A stretch of DNA of 11,988 nt. Origin: Okeania sp. (GTDB lineage: Bacteria; Cyanobacteriota; Cyanobacteriia; Cyanobacteriales; Microcoleaceae). The translations under genes were made by a program, and so were the position numbers. Position 1 is the first letter of the stretch. Each line of letters starts with the position of its first letter. The DNA lies in assembly GCF_035285525.1 (NCBI RefSeq), contig NZ_JAYKGW010000219.1, positions 1-11,988 on the forward strand, given 5' to 3'. Shown in pieces: positions 1-6,839 of the stretch. Under the pieces are notes generated by a model. It searched no databases. It was not told where the DNA came from and saw only the letters and a list, made by a program, of their open reading frames with translations.

Positions 1-249
1 TTCTGAAATATTTCCAGAAATTTTTTAGGTGTAATGTCTGAATTAATTCCAGCTTCTGTTAACTTCCAAATTCCTCAAAAAGAGGAATCAATATATCCAG
101 CTTTAACTAAATAAAATGTTGCCCATGGAACTTGATTATCAAATCTAGATGATGTTTTACTGGGTAATTGTTCATCAAGAATATTGTCAGATATTTGTAA
201 ATTTATAGCAATTAAATCTCTAACTTCTTGTCATAATAACTTTTCGCAT
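1..249 (-). pseudogene. Disrupted 5' part of an Mrr-type restriction-endonuclease gene (Mrr_N-like winged-helix domain); continues past the window start
   Basis: Minus-strand frame 230->1 reads QEVRDLIAINLQISDNILDEQLPSKTSSRFDNQVPWATFYLVKAGYIDSSF*GIWKLTEAGINSDITPKKFLEIFQ. The pattern LPS..(x)RFDNxV.WA..YL.KAG....(x)G.W.LTE.G is the hallmark of the Mrr N-terminal wHTH domain. There is an in-frame TGA at 77..75. The frame is closed upstream by TGA at 233..231. The only nearby ATG (249..247, MRKVIMTRS*) is in another frame, so at least one frameshift plus one nonsense codon are present. Confidence 0.45.
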
Positions 250-393
250 AGATTTACTTAAAGTAAAAGTATTGTACCAAATAACAAATAACCTTTTTGA
301 TAATTTTTAGCTAGGAGGGTGTTAATTATTATTTTTACTTCTCTCCTATTGCCCAGTTAAAGATAATATTTTCAAAGTTTTTTATAAATACTA

Positions 394-3114
394 TTATATA
401 GCGATCGCTTCTAAGAGTAATAAACCTAAATCTTTATATAAACCTCGATTTTGTTGAGGGCAACGATGTTGAGTTAAGCATCGAGGGCAACCAGATTCAC
501 AATCACAATTTTTGGCTAATTCTGTTGCTTTTTCTGTAAACTTCAACAGTTGATTAAAAATTGCTTCACTTGCTCCATTGCCACCATCACAAGTATCGAA
601 AAAATAACCTACTGTTTCTGCACCTTGTCGCTGTATAAAACATTCGACATCTTGACTGGAACTTAAGACTACTAAGGGAATAGCAGATATGATTTGATGC
701 CCCATACTATGTAATGCGATAAAATCTGGATGACAAGTCAATAAATCTTTGAAATCATCTGGAATTATTCCTTTATATTTCTCTTTAATTTTCTCCTTAA
801 TTTGTTTAATATTTTCTTGTATAGTTTGACTAAAAGCATAATTTATTTCTACCTTAACAACTGGAGCTTGATATTGAGTTTGATAGGGAGGATCGAAGTT
901 ATTTTCATCGACAACTGTAATAATTTCTGCTCCTTTTTCATGTTTAGTTGCTAACAACTGATAACCTGTTACGGAGGAGGTAATTTCTCCCCAGAATAAA
1001 GTTAATCTAAGTCTGGCATGAGAAATATTTGTTTTAATAATTTGAGGTGTTGCTAACTGTTGAATTTCTTTAATTATTAACTCATTTTTTGGCTTAGTTT
1101 CTAAATTAAAATTTTTGCCCAGAGGTTTTAAAATTGCTTGTTTTTTATCTAAATCAAGATTCTGAGAACGATAAGTTATTAAATCACTATCATAATTCTG
1201 AGCAAAATAAATTGCCCCTGGAAATACTTCTTGATGCGCCAGACTCATTTGCATTTTTTCAAAACTTTTTCCAGTATAAATATTGATTAATTCCACATTG
1301 TTTTGAGGATGACCTCGTAGATTAATATTCCGGTGAGGATAACCATAACCCCAGAGTTGATTAGAATTATTAATAAATATTTTTTCCTGCTTTAATAAAC
1401 TATCGACAATTGATCCAGCTACTTCTCCAAAACGTTTTATTACTTCACTCAAAGGTACACCACTTTCGACACAACTACATTCTAAATGTTTACCTAAGAT
1501 TGTCGGATAATTAGGATTAAAAACAGCACTTTCTGCTTCACCATTTAATAATAAATCTGGTTGATTTCCATAGAAATTATCTAAAGGATTTTGAGCTACT
1601 GGCAAAAACATAACTAACCCTGAATTTCTCCTTCCCACTCTACCAATCCTTTGTTTCCAAGACATTAAACTACCTGGATAACCACGAACTAAACAACAGT
1701 CAAGTTCCGGCAAATCAATTCCTGCCTCTAATGCCGAAGTAGAAAGAATAACTTTTACCATTCCAGTCTGCAATGTTTGGATAATATTCTGTCGTCTATC
1801 AAACTCCAAAGAACCATAAAAAATTGCTACCTTATCTGCCAAATAACTCTCTCCATTTTTATCAGCTATTCGTTTAATTATCCCTAACAACTTTTTAACC
1901 GCACCCCTAGAATTACAAAATACTATCCCAGTCAAATCATGGCGTAACCAAGATAAAACTATTTGACAAGCATCAGGATTAGCAGTATCACTTGGTTCCA
2001 GAAATAAAATTGTTTTCCCAGAATTATCAGCACCACTTTTTGAGATTAGATGAAGTCTCTCTGATTCGTGGCGATCGCTAAATCCCATTGCCATTTCTGC
2101 GGGATTTCCAATAGTAGCTGAACTAAAGATAAATTGTAATTTTTTTGAATTACCACCTACTCTATCTACTGCCATTTTTAACCGTCGCATTAAGTTAGAA
2201 AAATGTGCGCCAAAAGCACCTCTATAAGTATGAGATTCGTCTATCACTACATAGCGGAGTTGTTGAAAAAAATTCCGCCATCCTTCTCCATCTTTACTTC
2301 TAATTTTATATAGTTGATAGTGTAATAAATCTGGGCTAACTCCTAAAATATTGGGTGGGTGAGGAATAAATAATTTCTTCCTTTTTTCTGAGGCAATGTC
2401 GCCTGTAATTAATCCTATTTTGACAGAGCTTTTAGGAAAATAAGAAACCATTTTTTCTAGTTTTTGCATCTGGTCTAATGCTAATGCTTTGAGAGGAAAA
2501 ATATATAATGCTGTGGTTTGAGGTTGTTGTAAACATGATTCTAAAATGGCAAGATTATAACAAAGAGTTTTGCCGGAAGCTGTGGGAGTAAAAATGCAAA
2601 TATCTAATCCTTTTCTCAGAGCGGTTAATGATTCAATTTGGTGTTCGTAGAGTTCTGTAATCTTTTGTTTAATGAGAGAATTTTGCAGAATAATTGGTAA
2701 ATCTTTTGGCAAAGGATAAAGTTTTCCTGGAGTTGGTGGTGTGTTATCTATAGCGATTAAATTATCTATAAATTCTTGGGCAATAGTTTGAAATACTGGT
2801 CGGGAAATAGATTCTATTTCTGCTAAGTTAATCTTTGATTTTTGTGGCGGTTGAAATTTTATTTGATTAAAATTTGCAATATTTCTCGGAAGAATTTTTT
2901 GTTCGTTAATTGCGATTTGCCAATCAGAAAAATGTACTGGTTTATGACTTTCCAGAAAGTCTATAATTAAACGTTTTCCTAATACCGCTGTAATTTCACC
3001 TATGCCATGTTCAGGAGAATAAATTTTGACACCAATTTTTAACCATTCTGGAGGAGATGGTAATTTATTTCCAGCTTGAATAATAGCAGCATAATCTGTG
3101 GGTTTATCAGTCAT
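394..3114 (-). CDS. SF2 DEAD/DEAH-box helicase with C-terminal MrfA-type zinc-binding domain (DUF1998); MrfA/YprA-like, 906 aa from ATG 3114
   Basis: Helicase motifs are present: motif I FTPTASGKTLCYNL (~2567-2593), motif II VVIDESH (DESH at 2230-2241), motif III SSAT, motif VI QRIGRVGRR. The C-terminus has GYFFDTCDGGNGASE followed by a four-Cys cluster CDCESGCPRCLTQHRCP (457-507), typical of DUF1998/MrfA_Zn-bd. The track ORF begins at a TTG (3219) and its first 35 codons run through an STRR (GGGAATAGGGAACA, 3138-3151), so I prefer ATG at 3114..3112. Stop TAA is at 396..394. Confidence 0.9.
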   Translation of the reverse strand: MTDKPTDYAAIIQAGNKLPSPPEWLKIGVKIYSPEHGIGEITAVLGKRLIIDFLESHKPVHFSDWQIAINEQKILPRNIANFNQIKFQPPQKSKINLAEIESISRPVFQTIAQEFIDNLIAIDNTPPTPGKLYPLPKDLPIILQNSLIKQKITELYEHQIESLTALRKGLDICIFTPTASGKTLCYNLAILESCLQQPQTTALYIFPLKALALDQMQKLEKMVSYFPKSSVKIGLITGDIASEKRKKLFIPHPPNILGVSPDLLHYQLYKIRSKDGEGWRNFFQQLRYVVIDESHTYRGAFGAHFSNLMRRLKMAVDRVGGNSKKLQFIFSSATIGNPAEMAMGFSDRHESERLHLISKSGADNSGKTILFLEPSDTANPDACQIVLSWLRHDLTGIVFCNSRGAVKKLLGIIKRIADKNGESYLADKVAIFYGSLEFDRRQNIIQTLQTGMVKVILSTSALEAGIDLPELDCCLVRGYPGSLMSWKQRIGRVGRRNSGLVMFLPVAQNPLDNFYGNQPDLLLNGEAESAVFNPNYPTILGKHLECSCVESGVPLSEVIKRFGEVAGSIVDSLLKQEKIFINNSNQLWGYGYPHRNINLRGHPQNNVELINIYTGKSFEKMQMSLAHQEVFPGAIYFAQNYDSDLITYRSQNLDLDKKQAILKPLGKNFNLETKPKNELIIKEIQQLATPQIIKTNISHARLRLTLFWGEITSSVTGYQLLATKHEKGAEIITVVDENNFDPPYQTQYQAPVVKVEINYAFSQTIQENIKQIKEKIKEKYKGIIPDDFKDLLTCHPDFIALHSMGHQIISAIPLVVLSSSQDVECFIQRQGAETVGYFFDTCDGGNGASEAIFNQLLKFTEKATELAKNCDCESGCPRCLTQHRCPQQNRGLYKDLGLLLLEAIAI

Positions 3115-3430
3115 TTTAGTTATGGCGCTACGCGCTAGGGAATAGGGAACACTTAACTGGGAACAGTAGAATATCAGAGGGTTTTTCGTATAGGGAAATG
3201 TTCCGCAAGCAGGATGCAAAAATGTCTTAACCTTTGCTTAGACTGCTATAGAGCATATTCCAAGTATATGAAGTAGAAATATTTATAATCAGGAATTACG
3301 GCAAGGTACTAGATATAGAGTTAAAAAACTATTGCACAACAGTTTTGAACACTATATATATCGTATCTGTGTAAGTCTTATCAATAAATGTTTCCAGTAC
3401 AGACATCTTGTCCGTGTCAGTGACCGAACC

Positions 3431-3476
3431 AATTAATTATTAATTATTAATTATTAATTATTAATTATTAATTATC
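3431..3476. repeat. Heptamer tandem repeat (TATTAAT/AATTATT), about 6 copies
   Basis: Read directly: aattaattattaattattaattattaattattaattattaattat. It lies immediately downstream of the stop of the 3479-4090 gene and upstream of the helicase gene. Confidence 0.95.
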
Positions 3477-3478
3477 CA

Positions 3479-4090
3479 TTATTCATTAGTAAGAATTGCT
3501 ACTAAAATTTTCATTAAATCTTCTAAATCATTAGGTACTTGATATAAATTTAGGTCTTGCTTAAGTTCCTTTTCTTGTCGTTTCAAAACAGCAAATTGCC
3601 AAATTTTTCCTATAGAAACAGCTCCATATAATAAATTTTGTTCTGATTCTATTCCTTTATCAAGAGCAATTAACTCAACTGCTAGTTGCTTAAAACCTCT
3701 TTCTAAATTTTCCTTCTTTGCCTCAATAACTAATAAATTATTTCCGGCTTCCAAAAAATAATCAAGAGAACCTTTAAGCTGAGGTTCAATTTCCAAAGCA
3801 TAGGAAACCTTGAGTTTAGCCTGACAATAATCAACTAACTCTATCAATACTGGAGCAATTAAAAATTCTCGCCTTGCCATCTCACTATCCAAAGTAATAA
3901 AAGGAAGACTTTTGCGAAATCTTTGCTTGAGATTTTCTAATCCATCAAATTGCTTTTCAGACTTAGGCAAAACTAACTCTTCTATAATTAATTGATAACC
4001 AAAATAATTTACAATATCCTCTAGGTAATAATTGAATTTAAAATAATCTGAAAAATTACAACTATCAGGTAATTTAATCGGTATATTCAT
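3479..4090 (-). CDS. PD-(D/E)XK superfamily nuclease-like protein (type I restriction enzyme R N-terminal, HsdR_N-like fold), 203 aa
   Basis: The ordered motif is E (SEMARRE) ... D (SLDYFL, D codon 3763..3761) ... E-x-K (LLVIEAKKE, 3716-3724) ... Q (FKQLAVEL) ... G(x)VS(x)GxxWxF (YGAVSIGKIWQF). This matches the HsdR_N / restriction-endonuclease-like core. The ORF is clean, ATG-initiated, and has no competing ORF. The function call is from motif recall only. Confidence 0.6.
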   Translation of the reverse strand: MNIPIKLPDSCNFSDYFKFNYYLEDIVNYFGYQLIIEELVLPKSEKQFDGLENLKQRFRKSLPFITLDSEMARREFLIAPVLIELVDYCQAKLKVSYALEIEPQLKGSLDYFLEAGNNLLVIEAKKENLERGFKQLAVELIALDKGIESEQNLLYGAVSIGKIWQFAVLKRQEKELKQDLNLYQVPNDLEDLMKILVAILTNE

Positions 4091-4339
4091 AAAAATTTTT
4101 CCTCATGCTGTCTATTTTTATTTGAAAATTTTATGCTCTAATAAATAAAGATGATGTCTTTAATATAATCTAGATATGTATCTATTTATTCTATGCAAAA
4201 AAAATTAGATAACTCAAACACATGATCCACAAAGGCGGATTTATTTAGGGCTTGCTGATTAAATATCAAAGTCTTTACATATAGCAATCCTAAATAGGTT
4301 GCAAAAGATATAATAGTAAGAATAACATATACAGTCAAA

Positions 4340-4600
4340 AGACAAAAAATGAACATTATAATTCACATTAAAAATGAAAAATAAAGATAGACTGATTATG
4401 GAGCCTTAGACTATCAAACCCAGGAATTTATTGTGCAAAAATAAAAGAAAAGGAAATACTGAAAATACCATTGAATTTATTAAATATTTGCACTACTCAA
4501 AGACCAGGTCATTTCAGTTATCAGTTATCATTAGAGAGTCAAACTCCGAAGGCTAATAGCTGAATCCTTACATATTGAAAAAAAGGTTAATCGTAAACTA
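4340..4600 (+). mobile_element. Heavily degraded IS630-family transposase remnant (no intact ORF)
   Basis: Three reading frames give consecutive pieces: ALDYQTQEFIVQK* (from 4403), GNTENTIEFIKYLHYSKTRS (from 4452) with TQRPGH (from 4495), and ISYH*RVKLRRLIAE. Together they resemble the IS630/Tc1 catalytic region (..GALDxxTxEF....GNxNxExFIEFLKxL....ilDxAxYHxS..). Multiple frameshifts and stops are present. I found no terminal inverted repeats. Confidence 0.3.
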
Positions 4601-4638
4601 AAAATGTTAACAACTATTGAAGAGCAAGAGTCAAAAGA

Positions 4639-4866
4639 ATGAAACAACCCTATACTATAATAATTTTATGGTCTAAGGAAGATAGTTGTTATCTTGTTCA
4701 CTTGCCAGAATTTCCCTCTCAAAAATTTCATACTTATGGAGATTATTATGAAGAGGCAGTAGAAAATGCTTGTGAAATGTTAGAGCTATTAGTTGAAGAA
4801 TATCAGCAAGAAGGTAAAAGCCTTCTAAAACCTAAAAATGTACAAAAAACTCTTCAATTAATATAA
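4639..4866 (+). CDS. hicB: HicB-like antitoxin (UPF0150 / HicB_lk_antitox family), 75 aa, no cognate HicA seen
   Basis: MKQPYTIIILWSKEDSCYLVHLPEFPSQKFHTYGDYYEEAVENACEMLELLVEEYQQEGKSLLKP matches the short HicB N-terminal-domain pattern (Y.v.i.wsdED.cy.v.lPdfPg..thGdtyEEA..na.eale..ie.....g..lP.P). The flanks 4100-4638 and 4867-5148 are dense with stops on both strands, so no HicA-sized ORF exists. Confidence 0.7.
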   Translation: MKQPYTIIILWSKEDSCYLVHLPEFPSQKFHTYGDYYEEAVENACEMLELLVEEYQQEGKSLLKPKNVQKTLQLI

Positions 4867-5110
4867 AGATGGGAGAAATAATCTCAGAGAAAATAAATTT
4901 AATTAACTCTTAGATCGACTTACACCTGTCTGTTACTACTAAATTTATATAACTCAATTAGTTACTATAAGCAAGCATCACTTTTTCCTTTCTACTAACA
5001 AAGTGACAGTTTGAAAAATTTCTGAAATTTGGATAATAAAATATCCATTTATGGAAAAATAAAAGTATAAAGCCTTTGAGCCAATCATCTTTTTAATAAA
5101 TGAAGATGTA

Positions 5111-5146
5111 ATTATTAATTATTAATTGTTAATTATTAATTATTCA
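5111..5146. repeat. Heptamer tandem repeat (AATTATT family), about 5 copies, one variant unit
   Basis: attattaattattaattgttaattattaattattc lies directly 5' of the 5149 ATG. It is the same family and orientation as the array at 3431-3476. Confidence 0.95.
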
Positions 5147-5148
5147 AC

Positions 5149-5856
5149 ATGAAATCTTACCAAAAAATTTCAATCCAAGAATGTCACGAACCCCTAGTTC
5201 CTATTCCCTTAGAATTGTTTGCTTTTGAATCACCTCATCCCTATCAAAAATTAGGTGCGCCCTATCATCTTTCTCAAACAAATTCACCTTATTTTTTACG
5301 TCAAAAAGTATTAGATAGTTTGATAATAGCTCAAACAAAACTCCAACAAAATTATCCTGGTTGGCACATCCAAATATTTGATGGTTATCGCCCTATTGCC
5401 ATACAACAATTTATGATAGACTACAACTTTGCAGAAATGGTAAAAGCTCAAGATTTAACATTAGATAATTTAACTGAAGCAAAACGTCAAGAAATCTTAG
5501 AATTAGTCTATCAGTTTTGGGCAGTTCCCAGTTTAGACCCCACTACTCCACCACCTCATAGCACTGGTGCTGCTGTAGATGTAACTTTGGTTGATAATAA
5601 TGGCAAAACTGTTGATATGGGTTCTCCTATTGATGAGTTATCCCCTCGCTCCTATCCTCATCATTTTCTAGAGCACCAGGATCAAGAAGCTCAAAAATAT
5701 CATCAACATCGACAATTATTAGCAGAAGTAATGTTGTCTGGAGGATTTCAGCAGCATCCACAGGAATGGTGGCATTTCTCTCTGGGGGATCAAATGTGGG
5801 CTTGGTTAACTAATAATCAAGGTCAAGTTGTGGCAAGATATGGAAGAGTAGAATAG
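5149..5856 (+). CDS. ddpX: D-alanyl-D-alanine dipeptidase, VanX/DdpX family (peptidase M15D), 235 aa
   Basis: VanX-family signatures are present: FDGYRP, the zinc/catalytic block PPHSTGAAVDVTLVD (H codon 5557-5559, D codon 5578-5580), and the C-terminal EWWHF (5764-5775). Confidence 0.88.
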   Translation: MKSYQKISIQECHEPLVPIPLELFAFESPHPYQKLGAPYHLSQTNSPYFLRQKVLDSLIIAQTKLQQNYPGWHIQIFDGYRPIAIQQFMIDYNFAEMVKAQDLTLDNLTEAKRQEILELVYQFWAVPSLDPTTPPPHSTGAAVDVTLVDNNGKTVDMGSPIDELSPRSYPHHFLEHQDQEAQKYHQHRQLLAEVMLSGGFQQHPQEWWHFSLGDQMWAWLTNNQGQVVARYGRVE

Positions 5857-5860
5857 GAAA

Positions 5861-5903
5861 GTGTGGTTCGTGTGGTTCGTGTGGTCTGGGTGGTTCGTGT
5901 GGG
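5861..5903. repeat. 9-bp tandem repeat GTGTGGTTC, about 4.8 copies
   Basis: gtgtggttc gtgtggttc gtgtggtct gggtggttc gtgtggg, starting 5 nt after the ddpX-like stop. Confidence 0.95.
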
Positions 5904-5975
5904 AAGACAGAGAAAGTAGAAGAGATAATTGTTCCTTTGCTTATCAATATATTTATTCAGCAAGCCTTAACTGCT

Positions 5976-6017
5976 CCCTACTCCCTACTCCCTACTCCCT
6001 ACTCCCTACTCCCTACC
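5976..6017. repeat. STRR heptamer CCCTACT, 6 copies
   Basis: ccctact x5 then ccctacc, read directly. Confidence 0.97.
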
Positions 6018-6030
6018 TTAGATATAATAA

Positions 6031-6061
6031 GCGATCGCTTTTTATAGATAAAGGCGATCGC
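6031..6061. repeat. Two HIP1 octamers (GCGATCGC) 15 bp apart
   Basis: GCGATCGC is at 6031-6038 and 6054-6061. The first sits inside the 12-nt palindrome aagcgatcgctt (6029-6040). Confidence 0.95.
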
Positions 6062-6131
6062 TCTTTAATTTTTAGTTAAAAGATTAAAATAAACTATTCA
6101 ATTGTTTTAGGCGTTTCTTCTAAAGCTTAAG

Positions 6132-6329
6132 TTAGTTATTGCCTAAGTCACTCCATAATGAAGCTGCATGAGGTAAAACATTTGATTCTACTTGAGCATC
6201 TACTTGTGATGAATAATTTAGATATACCCGTGTTGCACTGTAACTAATCATAAACACGGAAAAGGCCGCTAAAAAACTAGCCATACATCTGTCTACAGTA
6301 GATATATTTTCATAGTGCTGAAATTGCAT
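6132..6329 (-). CDS. Hypothetical small protein (65 aa) with one predicted hydrophobic helix
   Basis: ATG start is preceded by AGGAG (6344..6340) with a 10-nt spacer. The hydrophobic segment is MASFLAAFSVFMISYSATRVY. I recognise no family. Confidence 0.45.
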   Translation of the reverse strand: MQFQHYENISTVDRCMASFLAAFSVFMISYSATRVYLNYSSQVDAQVESNVLPHAASLWSDLGNN

Positions 6330-6426
6330 AGATTTAAATCTCCTAAATTCTTTACATCTTTATTATCTCAAATATTTCTGTATCAGCAACTACTATTCAC
6401 AAAAGTTAGATACTCTTAATAAAGGT

Positions 6427-6585
6427 TTATTTCTCAAAGGATTGACTAATTTGTAGAGGTAATAGAAGTTGGTCAGTTATGGATACTGGTAAGTCTGCAC
6501 GATGGGAAATAATTCCATGACCAATTCCTGTTATTAGTCCTAAGATTACTGGAAATACTAAGGAGACCGAGTTAAAGGTATTCAT
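6427..6585 (-). CDS. Possible small membrane protein (52 aa), not in the supplied ORF track
   Basis: My translation of the minus strand is MNTFNSVSLVFPVILGLITGIGHGIISHRADLPVSITDQLLLPLQISQSFEK*. It has an N-terminal hydrophobic helix followed by GHGIISH. It is co-directional with and upstream of the 6132-6329 ORF. There is no obvious SD and I recognise no family. Confidence 0.3.
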   Translation of the reverse strand: MNTFNSVSLVFPVILGLITGIGHGIISHRADLPVSITDQLLLPLQISQSFEK

Positions 6586-6684
6586 AATTATTACAAATTA
6601 AGTTACAAAAGTAATGTCTCAATTTGTGTTGATTGTTTCTGTAACAAAATCTACATTTCAGTATACTTTTGTTAAGCTATAGCA

Positions 6685-6726
6685 GGGAACAGGGAACAGG
6701 GAACAGGGAACAGGGAATAGGGAACA
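6685..6726. repeat. STRR heptamer GGGAACA, 6 copies (one GGGAATA variant)
   Basis: gggaaca x4, gggaata, gggaaca. It lies in the divergent intergenic region between 6585(-) and 6840(+). Confidence 0.97.
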
Positions 6727-6795
6727 TCAGTTTCATCAAGCATCAAAAAATTAACTCAAAGTAATTCCGGGTGAAATAAAATAATTGTGTTTTAC

Positions 6796-6801
6796 TATAA
6801 T
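6796..6801 (+). promoter_or_regulatory. Candidate -10 box (TATAAT) for the 6840 gene
   Basis: A perfect TATAAT lies 39 nt upstream of ATG 6840. There is no convincing -35 (gaaata at the 17-nt spacing). Confidence 0.25.
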
Positions 6802-6839
6802 TTTTTCCCGAAATATTCTAATTTTAATTATCAATAATT

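Noticed and set aside
311-325. Strong SD-like AGGAGG on the plus strand (gctaggagggtgtt)
   Set aside because: No start codon or ORF follows within a usable distance on the plus strand. It lies in the spacer between the helicase stop and the Mrr remnant.
3115-3219. N-terminal 35 codons of the track's 941-aa helicase ORF
   Set aside because: It starts at TTG and reads through the STRR GGGAATAGGGAACA (..SVPYSLARS..). ATG at 3114 gives a sensible N-terminus (MTDKPTDY...).
4604-4642. 12-codon upstream ORF overlapping the hicB ATG (ATGA overlap)
   Set aside because: It is far too short to be HicA and has no recognisable motif. It is probably the tail of the degraded upstream sequence, and is noted only within the hicB finding.
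5861-6079. 72-aa ORF in the supplied track (MWFVWFVWSGWFVW...LLPTPYSLLPTPY...)
   Set aside because: The translation is simply the 9-mer GTGTGGTTC array followed by the CCCTACT array and the HIP1 sites. It has a GTG start, no RBS and periodic low-complexity sequence, so it is a repeat artefact.
6766-6801. Heterocyst-type DIF motif (TCCGGA-like TCCGGG at 6766-6771) upstream of TATAAT 6796-6801
   Set aside because: It has one mismatch to TCCGGA, and the 24-nt spacing to the -10 box is too long for a -35-positioned element.
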